Shown one piece after another: positions 47,379-57,287 of a stretch of 64,000 bases of DNA. How positions within the stretch are numbered: position 1 is the first letter of the stretch; each line of letters starts with the position of its first letter. This DNA is from Eubacterium sp. (GTDB lineage: Bacteria > Bacillota > Clostridia > Lachnospirales > Lachnospiraceae): positions 5,240 to 69,239 of the forward strand of contig JAFVGA010000001.1 in assembly GCA_017475235.1 (NCBI GenBank), written 5' to 3'. The notes beneath the pieces are model-generated. The model was not told where the DNA came from and did no database searches. It saw only the letters and a list, made by a program, of their open reading frames with translations. The position numbers and the translations under genes are program-made.

Positions 47379-48037
47379 ATTATATTCCCTCCTCTTTCAC
47401 CTATCATCCTGCCTCTCTTATTAACAGGAGTTGGTTCGGTTACTGGTTTTGGTTCTTGTTTAAAGAAACTTCCCGATTTATTGTTTTGTTGAATCATCGG
47501 GTATAGTATCTTGATTCCTAATGCTGTTATATTCGCATAAGTATAAGGATCGAATTTCTTTACGAAAAACAATAACTCATACAACTTATACTCGTTTACA
47601 AATCCTCTAAATGCGTTTGTCTGAATAATTACTCCTCGTTCACCTTCAGAGTTTACTGCCGAAACGAATCCTATTATATCTCCACTCTGAGATACAATAT
47701 TGAATTCTTCTTTCTTCTTTAATTTAAATCCGCCCTCTTCTTTTCTGGTAAAGCAATTCTTAAACCATGAAGATAGAAATAGATTTGGAATTAATTCTTC
47801 CAATCTCAATAATTCATATGCACCTAACTCTATTCCAGACATAGATGCGTTTTTTGTTGAATCGGTTACATACTCTAATCTTATTCTATATCGTAATACA
47901 CGATTTATGACTTTTAAAGTATGATCAGAACTTTCCCATGGATCACTACAATTCAATACTATAGTAATAAACTTGATTCTGAGATTGTCTGATAAAGATA
48001 TTAAATTATCATTTATTCGGGTTACTACCCTACCCAT
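47375..48037 (-). CDS. Hypothetical protein
   Basis: ORF with SD GGAGG. Confidence 0.7.
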   Translation of the reverse strand: MGRVVTRINDNLISLSDNLRIKFITIVLNCSDPWESSDHTLKVINRVLRYRIRLEYVTDSTKNASMSGIELGAYELLRLEELIPNLFLSSWFKNCFTRKEEGGFKLKKKEEFNIVSQSGDIIGFVSAVNSEGERGVIIQTNAFRGFVNEYKLYELLFFVKKFDPYTYANITALGIKILYPMIQQNNKSGSFFKQEPKPVTEPTPVNKRGRMIGERGGNII

Positions 48038-48148
48038 ATTTCTTCCTCCCCTCTATTATATTCTGGTTTTAACGATAGTAAAAAATTACGAGAGAGCCTA
48101 ATGCCCTCCCGTAACTTTTTGTGTAAGAAGTATCTTTAAATTAAATTG

Positions 48149-49933
48149 TTAATGTCTGTAATAATTTGTCACAACTTCAGGCAACTGCTGACGCTGTAAC
48201 TCTCCTATCGAAGCCTTCTGCTTGGCAATCTGTGCGGAAATTTCGTTGATCTGTTCTGTCAATTTCTTAGGCACAGCCACTTTCTGTTTCAGCTCTAGTT
48301 CTCGTTTCGGTGCTTTGGCGTCTTTCATAAGAGGATAATCTTCCTCTATTGAGTCACAGTAGCCTTTGCCAATCTGACGGAACAGAGAGTCTATATTATT
48401 TAAAGTGCAAGGCACTTTCATAATAATACAGTTGTTATCTTTTTCCTTACCGAAATACAGATTAGATATTTCTTCGCCATCAAAGATGAGAGACGCACCG
48501 ACATAGATCTGAGGAATTCTGTCACCTTCAACTTTCTGCCCATCCACTACCTTATACTTCTCGATGCAACCGAGGAAGTCGATAGTTATACAATACGGCT
48601 TAAATACTGCACCGGCGTCATCATAACATACCACATCTATCACGTAATTGTTTGGTACGCCTTTATTAAGATAGGGTATCATGGATGCCGGATCTTTCAT
48701 GTTAAGATTGTAATACTTACGATATATATCGATAGCATTTACAGTAGCTTCGTCTTCTGCAGTGGACATTAAAAACTCTCTTGGAGTTATATATATTTCG
48801 CACTGCTTAGAAATCTTGCGAAGTTGATCCTGCAGAGTCTGAGCTCTAGAAAGAACATCATTAAGCTCTAACATCTCTGTTTTCTTTTTATCAAAATTGA
48901 TATACTTAATTGCATAACCCTTTTTAGTCTTTCTAACCAGACCTCTTTTTAGGAAATACTCTCTGAGCGTTGCCCTATTCTGAGCGATGATTTTGTCAGC
49001 TGGCGGCTTCGGACAATTTGTTATTTCTGCTCCATACATAACTGAAGCATCATAAGCAATGTCCTGGCTATACAGGTGATATCCGTCAGTGTTTTCCACG
49101 ACTGTCATATTCTGTACATTTGTAACTCTCGGTTCAGTCACCTTTGTTTCGACCGTTTTCGGTGGATCAAGTTCAACTGAATCCGGAGTAGCTGCTTCTG
49201 GGCCACTCTTTACTGGTGGAGTCTTAGGTAACTTAACTTCCACAGCATCATCTCTCACTGGGAGACAGATTACCACTGGAGCCGCGTTTGGTGTTTCGAC
49301 CTTTTTCTCTTCAGAATCATCCGGCTTGAGCTCTTCTGGATTCACGTCAATACCCTCTTCAGTCTTACGAGCTGTAGACTTTTTAGTCTCCGGATTTTCA
49401 GTTTTAACTGACGCCTCTTCATGCGACTCGACTAATTCACAGATGATTCTATGGAGCTCTTCTGAGCAAACCTGACCGTCGATTTCTATATCGGAATTAT
49501 AGTACCAAACACCATACGATGTATTACGATATATCAACTCAGCATCATTACCCATATTTTTCTTAAAGTAACTGTCAGCACTCATCATAATTGATACTAT
49601 AAAAGGATTTGAATGTTTAGCAATATTAACATACTTGCTATTATTCATTCCATTACTATTCATAATTCCACAGTATGGGAAAGGCTCATCATTTACAGTT
49701 CCGAATAAAGCTCTATCATCATCAAAGACAATAATAGTCTTCATCGGATTACCAGTAGTGATATAATCAGCCATTTCTTTAGCATACTGCTTGATATTAA
49801 TTTTTTCTGCTATCTGAAGTAACTGAGCTTCAGAGCAGTTAGCTATTAGTTCCAAATCGCCGAATATGAATGACTGAAATCTCTTCCTGTTTTCAGTTTT
49901 GAGATTGTCACCAAACATTGCTATCTTTTTCAT
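48149..49933 (-). CDS. Large early hypothetical protein with Pro/Glu linker
   Basis: Early promoter 49993-50009; SD AAGGAGG. Confidence 0.75.
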   Translation of the reverse strand: MKKIAMFGDNLKTENRKRFQSFIFGDLELIANCSEAQLLQIAEKINIKQYAKEMADYITTGNPMKTIIVFDDDRALFGTVNDEPFPYCGIMNSNGMNNSKYVNIAKHSNPFIVSIMMSADSYFKKNMGNDAELIYRNTSYGVWYYNSDIEIDGQVCSEELHRIICELVESHEEASVKTENPETKKSTARKTEEGIDVNPEELKPDDSEEKKVETPNAAPVVICLPVRDDAVEVKLPKTPPVKSGPEAATPDSVELDPPKTVETKVTEPRVTNVQNMTVVENTDGYHLYSQDIAYDASVMYGAEITNCPKPPADKIIAQNRATLREYFLKRGLVRKTKKGYAIKYINFDKKKTEMLELNDVLSRAQTLQDQLRKISKQCEIYITPREFLMSTAEDEATVNAIDIYRKYYNLNMKDPASMIPYLNKGVPNNYVIDVVCYDDAGAVFKPYCITIDFLGCIEKYKVVDGQKVEGDRIPQIYVGASLIFDGEEISNLYFGKEKDNNCIIMKVPCTLNNIDSLFRQIGKGYCDSIEEDYPLMKDAKAPKRELELKQKVAVPKKLTEQINEISAQIAKQKASIGELQRQQLPEVVTNYYRH

Positions 49934-50062
49934 TTTTAATTCCTCCTTAGAATTTTCTTTAAAGATACTTTGGATGCTTTTGCATCCTCTTACATCATTA
50001 TAATATACATCTATTTTGGAATTTACAAAAAGAAATGGGTGGGCATAATACCCACCCATATT

Positions 50063-51577
50063 TTAATTCTCTCTTCGTCTAAACATATCTTCCATTCGTA
50101 ATGGATGATTAACCACAAATTTTCTACTTCCCGCTATAAGCTTCTGATTGTCATATAAAGCTTCTTTACATTCTGTGGCAAATCGATTATATATTTTGAG
50201 ATTACTATGATAGAAACGTATTGTATTTAAGAATCCCTCATCGATAAGATCTATATAATAACCATTAATCCTTACTCGGCCAAATCTCTGTTCAACCAAT
50301 GGTTCTGACTTTGTGGGGTCTGCAAGATTTACCGCACATATTAGACCATGAATATCCAAAGCTTCACCTGCCGACTTAGATGTAGTGAATATAATCTCTT
50401 TATCTAAAGCCGCTTGTTTATTAGGATTGATACTCGTATAGATTCCTATGGAGTTTACATAATACCTATACTTAAAATCATTCATAATGTAATTATACAC
50501 TGTAAGTATAGCATTATTAGAAGCCATATACAATAGTTTCTTTCCGGGTAACTTAGCCATGAAGTCGAATACTATATCGAGCATATGATAGAAGTTTGGT
50601 TTCTTTACTACATAATCCGCATAAGAAATTATATTGAAACCACGGTTAGTCATGCAGTTATTTATTTCCATAAGACTTGGATTAGAAGAATACCTTAAAG
50701 CTATGTACTTTGTATGCTTATCAGACTCATCAAACAAATCTATCTTTGGTACATTCTTAAAGTACAATCCGAATATCTTATTCTTTTTGGCATCTCCTAA
50801 TGCGGGAGTTGCTGTAAGATATATGGTCTTTAAAGTATTTGTAGAATAATCTATCTTGCAAGTATTCATGAAGTTTCTATGAGCTTCATCTATTACTTTA
50901 ACTCCTATACCGAGATGTAAGAAGAGCTTATGAAGATTCTCCATACCAGTATCAAATAAAGATAATAGTGTGCCATGAGTTGCTATATATACTTTATACT
51001 TCTTAGCTAATACTTCAGCAGGATGTCTCATTAGTATTCTTACAGAATCCATACCCTTAATGGTATAGATTTCTCTATCTTTAAGGTCTGTATATTCTTT
51101 AAGACGAGATCTCCACTGTGCTTCAATACCATAACAAATAACCATAGGTTTTAATCCGGATATAGCAAAGAATGCTGTGCTTACATAAGTCTTTCCTCCG
51201 CCCATTGTAAGACTCACTAAGTTCTGACTTGAAGTCTGGTAGTTTCTAAACTCATCTTTTCCTAAGATGAACTTTAATGTAGTACGCTGTTTTTCATCTT
51301 TAGGTTTATATCTTAGCATTATAGTTTCATTATAAAAAAATGGGTCTGGGTCTCTTATATAGTTTGCTTTACAGCTGAGCACAGTTTCAAGAAAAAATAT
51401 ATCCATTCCTCTCGGCAGATATAAAATTCTATTCTTTGTATCAAAAATGATGTGCTCAAAGTGCCCTGTATGGGTTACATTGTCGTATATTCTGAAGTAA
51501 TTTTCGAGTTTCTGACAATCCCCCGGACAGTAGCCCAGAACCTTTATGAAACTGTAATAAACTTCAATTCTATACAC
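50063..51577 (-). CDS. Superfamily 2 helicase (UvsW-like)
   Basis: TMGGGKT, DEAH, TAT and QRFGR motifs. Confidence 0.88.
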   Translation of the reverse strand: MYRIEVYYSFIKVLGYCPGDCQKLENYFRIYDNVTHTGHFEHIIFDTKNRILYLPRGMDIFFLETVLSCKANYIRDPDPFFYNETIMLRYKPKDEKQRTTLKFILGKDEFRNYQTSSQNLVSLTMGGGKTYVSTAFFAISGLKPMVICYGIEAQWRSRLKEYTDLKDREIYTIKGMDSVRILMRHPAEVLAKKYKVYIATHGTLLSLFDTGMENLHKLFLHLGIGVKVIDEAHRNFMNTCKIDYSTNTLKTIYLTATPALGDAKKNKIFGLYFKNVPKIDLFDESDKHTKYIALRYSSNPSLMEINNCMTNRGFNIISYADYVVKKPNFYHMLDIVFDFMAKLPGKKLLYMASNNAILTVYNYIMNDFKYRYYVNSIGIYTSINPNKQAALDKEIIFTTSKSAGEALDIHGLICAVNLADPTKSEPLVEQRFGRVRINGYYIDLIDEGFLNTIRFYHSNLKIYNRFATECKEALYDNQKLIAGSRKFVVNHPLRMEDMFRRREN

Positions 51578-51631
51578 TATATTACCACCTTTCTTATTAA
51601 GAAAAATAGGGAGTCCGAAGACTCCCCATAC

Positions 51632-53878
51632 TTATTCTTTTGGTCTAAACATCTCGTTGAACTGGATAACCTTTGGCTGAGGTTTCTTTTCTTCTTCAAC
51701 GCGTCTAAACATATCCTCCATATTGAGTTCGGATTTATTTGTCTGTTTAGTGAATGCTGAATCTTTACCAATATTCTGAGGAGCGTCCATAAAGTAAGAA
51801 TCTATCTTTGATGGCTTTCTCTTCTTATATGTGATAGGATTGATCAGCGTTCTTCTCAAGCCCTGATACATGAGTGTTACAGTTGTGCTAGGATTATATT
51901 TCAACGCTGATGAAACCGTCATAATCTGATAGTCGTCTTGATTTGGAATACTCCAGTCAGGAGTTTCCAGAACTTCTTCTTTGCGTCTAATCATATTAGA
52001 CAAGATTACTGAAGCATGAGATGAATGAACTCCAAGACCGCCATTGTCAAGAGCCTCCATAAATGCCTGAAGAATCGTATCTTTATCAAATCCAGATGTC
52101 TTATTTCTGAAGTTAATGATATGCTTAACTTCTGTAAGCGACTTACTAAGTTCGCTATTAGCAAGCGGTACAGCAAATAGTGGGATTCCCACGAGTTCGC
52201 TAAATGGAACTACTACTATTTCAGCACCCTCATCATTAGTTGTTGTCTTATGCTTGTGGATAATCTCTACGAATTCGGAAGTAAATGTAAGAGAGTCATA
52301 ATTGTTACTATGCATATTATACTCTATTCCATTATCTTCTACTATGAACTCTGTAAGAGATTCAGTCATAAATGATGAATCATCATCGTCGTCAGCTTCT
52401 TCATTGGTATCCTGACTCTGATCAATATCATCGAGATTAATCTTGATATATATTTTCTTAGTACTTTCCAGTTCGTCAGAAATACTGAGAAGATACTCTT
52501 CATTCTGGAAATACTTAGCAAAATCATCTCCGAATACAACCTTAATAGGCTTAGCAGATAAGATATGCTTAGCTGATAAGAATCTCTGAGTTAAGATTGC
52601 TGAAAGAATCTCAGCTGCAAGCTTACCTATATTTACATACCTATTTATATAAGCGAGTTTACCATAGCATCTAAAGCATATACCATCTCCCATAGCCTTG
52701 CTCTGACAAGTCATTGGGTCTCTGAGATATATAGTATTTCCTGCTATAAGAGTAAAATCTTTTCTTCCGATGCAGTGATCTTCAGGATCGTCTTCCGACC
52801 ACTTAAACCATCTACCAATAAACTTCTTAAAGATTTTTGGCGTATTGATAGTCATTTTAACGAAGTTCTTGGTGTTACATACATAGTTCGGATCAGCATG
52901 AAGATCTGTGTCTATATTATTTAAACCAAGAATTCGAGCGAACGCACCTGAGTTGGCAACGTTTGTCTTCGCAATAATCTGAGCATATCGTCCGGCTGAT
53001 GCCGATTCGACAAACATAGATTCAAGTGAATCCAACCCTTTATCTAAGAACGAAGTATTTATCAGATGAGGATAGATTCCTCCTAAACCATCAGGCTTAG
53101 GTCCAATATTTACTGCGAATTCTTTGAACTGTCTTTCGGATATACCTGCCTGACTTCTTAAAGCTGCAGCACAACAATGGTCATATCCTAAGATGTCTTT
53201 AGATCTCTCAGTTATGATATTTATGAGCTTCTTAGTCTCCTCCATACCAATATCCTGAGCATCTTCAATAGCCACATTCTTATATGTATGCTCTGCAGAA
53301 TATTCATTATCCAGAATCTTGTGAGCTTCCATATCGAGTTTGTCTAATCCAACAAAATCAAAGTAGTTGAATGTGTTTGCGAGATATAACGCAAATTCAT
53401 CGACACACTGAAGATGTTTATATGAGTGATAGATAGTTCTATTCAAAGTTAACGGATCAACCTTATCCAAGAACACATCAATTACATTAGTATCGATCCA
53501 GTTCTTGATTGTATCTCCAGTTATATTCTTGTCTATGAAGATATTGTACGGCTGAATTGTAGCGTCCAAATCTACAAGCATCTTCCACATAACAAGATTA
53601 AAATACAGATCAAACAAATTGAACTTACAGCATTTTCCATTGTCCCACTGTACGAGGACTCTCACATTATGTATGAATTCCTGCTCAATGCTATCTCTAA
53701 ATACATTAAGCAGCCCTTCGATATAATCCGGCATGATATTCATCTTGTTGATATTAGCCGGATTGATTCGCATCATGCCATTTTCGTTTAAAAGTTCCTT
53801 GAATACACCATAGTACTCTGGATTCACCAGTATCGTAGACATTGGTGCATTATAGCGTTTCATGTTTGTCCTTAACAT
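51632..53878 (-). CDS. RNA polymerase beta' C-terminal subunit (non-virion RNAP, AR9 gp154-like)
   Basis: Bridge helix KTNVANSGAFAR; Zn site LRDPMTC...GICFRCYG; trigger loop GKLAAEILS...TQRFLSAKH. Confidence 0.88.
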   Translation of the reverse strand: MLRTNMKRYNAPMSTILVNPEYYGVFKELLNENGMMRINPANINKMNIMPDYIEGLLNVFRDSIEQEFIHNVRVLVQWDNGKCCKFNLFDLYFNLVMWKMLVDLDATIQPYNIFIDKNITGDTIKNWIDTNVIDVFLDKVDPLTLNRTIYHSYKHLQCVDEFALYLANTFNYFDFVGLDKLDMEAHKILDNEYSAEHTYKNVAIEDAQDIGMEETKKLINIITERSKDILGYDHCCAAALRSQAGISERQFKEFAVNIGPKPDGLGGIYPHLINTSFLDKGLDSLESMFVESASAGRYAQIIAKTNVANSGAFARILGLNNIDTDLHADPNYVCNTKNFVKMTINTPKIFKKFIGRWFKWSEDDPEDHCIGRKDFTLIAGNTIYLRDPMTCQSKAMGDGICFRCYGKLAYINRYVNIGKLAAEILSAILTQRFLSAKHILSAKPIKVVFGDDFAKYFQNEEYLLSISDELESTKKIYIKINLDDIDQSQDTNEEADDDDDSSFMTESLTEFIVEDNGIEYNMHSNNYDSLTFTSEFVEIIHKHKTTTNDEGAEIVVVPFSELVGIPLFAVPLANSELSKSLTEVKHIINFRNKTSGFDKDTILQAFMEALDNGGLGVHSSHASVILSNMIRRKEEVLETPDWSIPNQDDYQIMTVSSALKYNPSTTVTLMYQGLRRTLINPITYKKRKPSKIDSYFMDAPQNIGKDSAFTKQTNKSELNMEDMFRRVEEEKKPQPKVIQFNEMFRPKE

Positions 53879-53896
53879 TCTTATTCCCTCCTAAGG

Positions 53897-54553
53897 TTAA
53901 TTATTATTAGGTTTTTGAGATTGTACATTCTTATCTCGTTCTAATAATATACGATTAACTTGCTTTATACTCTTACCAATTATAAGAGCGATGTCCTTGT
54001 TGTTCATATTATACTCATCTTTAAGAGAGTATACTTGACCTCTAATATGTATATCTTTTTGTGGTATGTATCTTCTAATAGGAATGTCATGCTTTTTAAT
54101 ACAGGCTGAAATGTCTCTGATGGAGACCTCCACTCCATCTAAAACAAGCACTCTCTGTATTATATCTATATTCAATCCTATCTTATACAGATTGCATATT
54201 TTAGCTTCTATTTCATTGGACATAGTTACGAATCTTTGAATTGCTCCAGAACGTTTAAGAAGTGTAGTGATAGTCCTATAGTCTTCTTTATACATCTTTG
54301 CTATCTCAGATAAAGAAATACCCTCGAGATATAGAGCTTTAATATTCTCCATGTCTTTTTCACTATATGCTTTCCCATCAGAATCAAATATTCTTACGAA
54401 ATGAGTATTAACAACTTTAACTCCATACTTATTCCTAATTTGTCTTATATACGATTCATCCACATTAAACTTAGTAGCGATGATTCTATACTTATAACCT
54501 TCTTTGATCATACGTATAATCTCTTCGATATCATCTTTAGATAATTTACCCAT
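53897..54553 (-). CDS. Multi-HTH DNA-binding protein
   Basis: About four tandem HTH-like repeats (IIRMIKEGYKYRIIATKF; IKALYLEGISLSEIAKMY; etc.). Confidence 0.7.
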   Translation of the reverse strand: MGKLSKDDIEEIIRMIKEGYKYRIIATKFNVDESYIRQIRNKYGVKVVNTHFVRIFDSDGKAYSEKDMENIKALYLEGISLSEIAKMYKEDYRTITTLLKRSGAIQRFVTMSNEIEAKICNLYKIGLNIDIIQRVLVLDGVEVSIRDISACIKKHDIPIRRYIPQKDIHIRGQVYSLKDEYNMNNKDIALIIGKSIKQVNRILLERDKNVQSQKPNNN

Positions 54554-54575
54554 ATAGTGTCCCTCCTCACATCAT

Positions 54576-54700
54576 AAAAAAAGAGTAAGGAGACTATTAC
54601 GTCTCCTCGGAAATAAAAGAAGTTTACATTTTTTTACATTTTACCAAAGCAATCCGGCAGGATTTAAAAGGTAGTAAACTATATCCCGCCATTATGGATT
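54576..54700 (-). ncRNA. Candidate late small RNA C
   Basis: AACT-N6-TA at 54700-54711; 5' stem with loop containing UACCUUUU; terminator 54576-54607. Confidence 0.5.
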
Positions 54701-54723
54701 ATATATTAGTTATTGTGCGTGTC

Positions 54724-54850
54724 AAATAAAATAAAGGAAAGGAGGGATCTCCACTAGGGAGACCCCATTTATACCAGAATAGGTGAAAACTGTAATTCGT
54801 TATCCATCAATAGATTATCGCCCAAAAAGCCCTACAGCACCATATTCTTT
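54724..54850 (-). ncRNA. Candidate late small RNA D
   Basis: AACT-N6-TA at 54850-54861; long bulged 5' stem; terminator 54744-54766 with CCCUCCUUUCC tail. Confidence 0.5.
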
Positions 54851-54988
54851 ACTTAATAGTTACAAGAAAATTTTAATTGTAAAAAAATACACTGAGGGAG
54901 CCTTAAGCTCCCTCAAGTATTTCAGAGATGTGAATTATATGCCTTAGAAAAGAGATATGAAAACGTCTTAGGTTAGGTTTCTTATAAA

Positions 54989-55471
54989 TTAGGTGTTATA
55001 TTCTCTTGTAGATGAGAGATCTGATGGCTTCATAAGCTTAGCCTTATTAGCATCCTTGATGTAATCTCTCTGTGATGTCTTAGCAGCCTTAAGAGCCTGT
55101 ACCTTATACTTCTTGAAGATAAGAGCTCTGAGCTTTCTTTCCTTCTGTCTGTTAAGAGCGAGAAGATCAAAGAGTCTATCCTTCTTCTGACCAGCGATAA
55201 CGATGGCAGCCTGGTCAGCTCTTCTTGTAAGGTCATCCTGTCTGTTAAGTCTAACAAGTGTTTTCTTCTTGAACTTCTTTGATTCTGTAAGAACTTCGAA
55301 TTCTTCAGATTCAAGGAAAGCCTTTCTTTCATCATCACTCATACCATAAGCGATGTCTTCTGCGAGCATGATTGACTTAAGTTCGTCAACGACATCTTGC
55401 ATCTGCTCTTCTGTGATTTCAAGATCTTCGTCAACGACCTGATGAGATTTTCCATAACTAAAAACTCCCAT
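54989..55471 (-). CDS. Small putative head protein (acidic N-terminus, basic C-terminus)
   Basis: Late promoter 55552-55563; LAE/LTE sites; terminator at about 54881-54921. Confidence 0.55.
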   Translation of the reverse strand: MGVFSYGKSHQVVDEDLEITEEQMQDVVDELKSIMLAEDIAYGMSDDERKAFLESEEFEVLTESKKFKKKTLVRLNRQDDLTRRADQAAIVIAGQKKDRLFDLLALNRQKERKLRALIFKKYKVQALKAAKTSQRDYIKDANKAKLMKPSDLSSTREYNT

Positions 55472-55619
55472 GGTATATTTCCTCCTTAGAATAAATTTTA
55501 TAAGCTTATAAAACTGGTAATGTCTTATATATAATAGAATAGAGTGTCTATTATAACAATGTTGTTATTATACAGGCGCCCAAACTTCTAAATAATACTA
55601 ATACGGGAGGTAATGCTAT

Positions 55620-56059
55620 ATGACTGATATAATGTCAGACATGCAAATGCTAGAAAGTTCAGTGGTAAAAGAATATCGAGATGAAGCAGTTAGATTGCTT
55701 CAGCTTTCTTTTCCGAATCTCAACCAGATAGAAATTGCTACTGCTATAGATACAGCTATAGTAGCAACGATACATAACCCTAAAGTAGAATTAGAAAATA
55801 ACTATACTAAGACTACTCAGGAAACGTATCTGATTCAGTTAGTTCAATATCTTGATGATAGGAAACCTATATTCACGGCTAGTGGATGTATGTTTAAGCA
55901 TCACGGAACTATAAAGAATCCACTTTATGATTTAATTCAATCGTTCTTAGATAAACGATCTCAGTATAAAAAGATGATGAAGTCTTTCCCAAAAGGATCT
56001 GCAGACTTCGCTAAATATAATCTGTTTCAGTTAATCGAAAAACGAAGTGCCAACGCCCT
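55620..56059 (+). CDS. B-family DNA polymerase C-terminal (catalytic) subunit, exon 1
   Basis: Ends QLIEKRSANA(L), first half of motif B KxxxNxxYG; promoter AACT-N6-TA at 55583-55594. Confidence 0.88.
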
Positions 56060-57287
56060 TAACCGTTAGGGGCTGTTTATAGCGATATAAACTAAGTATG
56101 CATTGAATTGCTGGGAAATGGCTCCGATGGCAGGATGCCCCTAATTTATGTAGGCCTTAGAGCCCAATTGCTACAACGTAATCAGTGATGATAAGCGTGA
56201 ATGCTTGAAAAGTATTGGGATTGGATAATCAGCAGCTAAGTTCGTTAATAGTTATAGCATAAACTTTAAAAGGAGGTGATTACTATGGTTAATTACTTAG
56301 AGGTATGTAATATTATAAACGATTCTGTTGTATATAATATTAGACCACATATGTATTATATTTCTAATTACGGAAGAGTATATTCGTACAACATTCATGA
56401 TTTTCTACGACCATCATTAGATCATAATGGATACGTTGTATATAATTTGAAATTGGCTTCAGGAAAAAATAGAATGTGTAAAGCTCATAGACTAGTAGCC
56501 AAATCTTTCTTCCCTGTTCCTGATATGGATAATCTTCAAGTCAATCATAAAGACGGAATAAAAACTAATAATTTTATTCACAATTTAGAATGGATGACTT
56601 CTAAAGAGAACATACACCATGCTATAGAAACCGGTTTACGGAATACCTTTGGTGAGAATATCCACACAGCAGTTTTAACCGCTGATCAGGTATTGATGAT
56701 ATCAGAATTGATCATAAAGAATACTCCTCTCAATGAGATAATTTATATGACCGGTTTACCTAACTCTAACCAATCACATAGACTTATCTGGAGAATTCTG
56801 AATAAAGAAACTTGGGCTACTATTACTAAAGATTATGATTTTTCAAAATATAATCCGAATACATCAGAATGGCATCAGGTTTTTACATACGATCAATTAC
56901 ACTCTATATGTCAATTCCTAGAAATAAATGGAGTTCAATCCGATACTCAAAGTATAATGGATTATATTGGCTTAGGCGAAGTCTTTAGGAATTTATCATA
57001 TAGAGATAAAAAGAAATATTATGGTGCTATATCGAAATTAAAATGCAAAAGTCGATTTAAAGACATTTGTGAGAAATATAACTATTAATCGAAAAAGTTC
57101 AACGACTATCTCTTCTAAATTTCATAGAAGAGTTAGGAATCAAGTGATTCCGAAGTGGTGCACTCTGTATAAATAAGGAGGTGAATTATAAATTTATGCA
57201 GATGAAGATATAGTCTCAACTTCTAGTGAAAGCTAGAGAAGTTCATAAAAGAACTGCGCAGATTAACGACCTGCGTGAAGATAATTG
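56060..57287 (+). mobile_element. Group I intron (IA-like, 1228 nt) in polymerase motif B, carrying an HNH gene
   Basis: P1 gccct/ggggc with U.G; terminal G 57287; core gaattgctggg, aatcagcag, gttcaacgacta, aagatatagtc; splicing gives KRSANALYGITG. Confidence 0.92.
56285..57088 (+). CDS. Intron-encoded HNH homing endonuclease (NUMOD4/HNH type)
   Basis: YYISNYGRV, AHRLVA, VNHKDGIKTNN..NLEW.T..EN..HA. Confidence 0.92.
   Translation: MVNYLEVCNIINDSVVYNIRPHMYYISNYGRVYSYNIHDFLRPSLDHNGYVVYNLKLASGKNRMCKAHRLVAKSFFPVPDMDNLQVNHKDGIKTNNFIHNLEWMTSKENIHHAIETGLRNTFGENIHTAVLTADQVLMISELIIKNTPLNEIIYMTGLPNSNQSHRLIWRILNKETWATITKDYDFSKYNPNTSEWHQVFTYDQLHSICQFLEINGVQSDTQSIMDYIGLGEVFRNLSYRDKKKYYGAISKLKCKSRFKDICEKYNY

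Noticed and set aside
48149-49933. Early protein of about 600 aa as possible chimallin (nuclear shell protein)
   Set aside because: Only size and timing fit; it has a long Pro/Glu linker and no similarity I can verify, and no PhuZ is in the window
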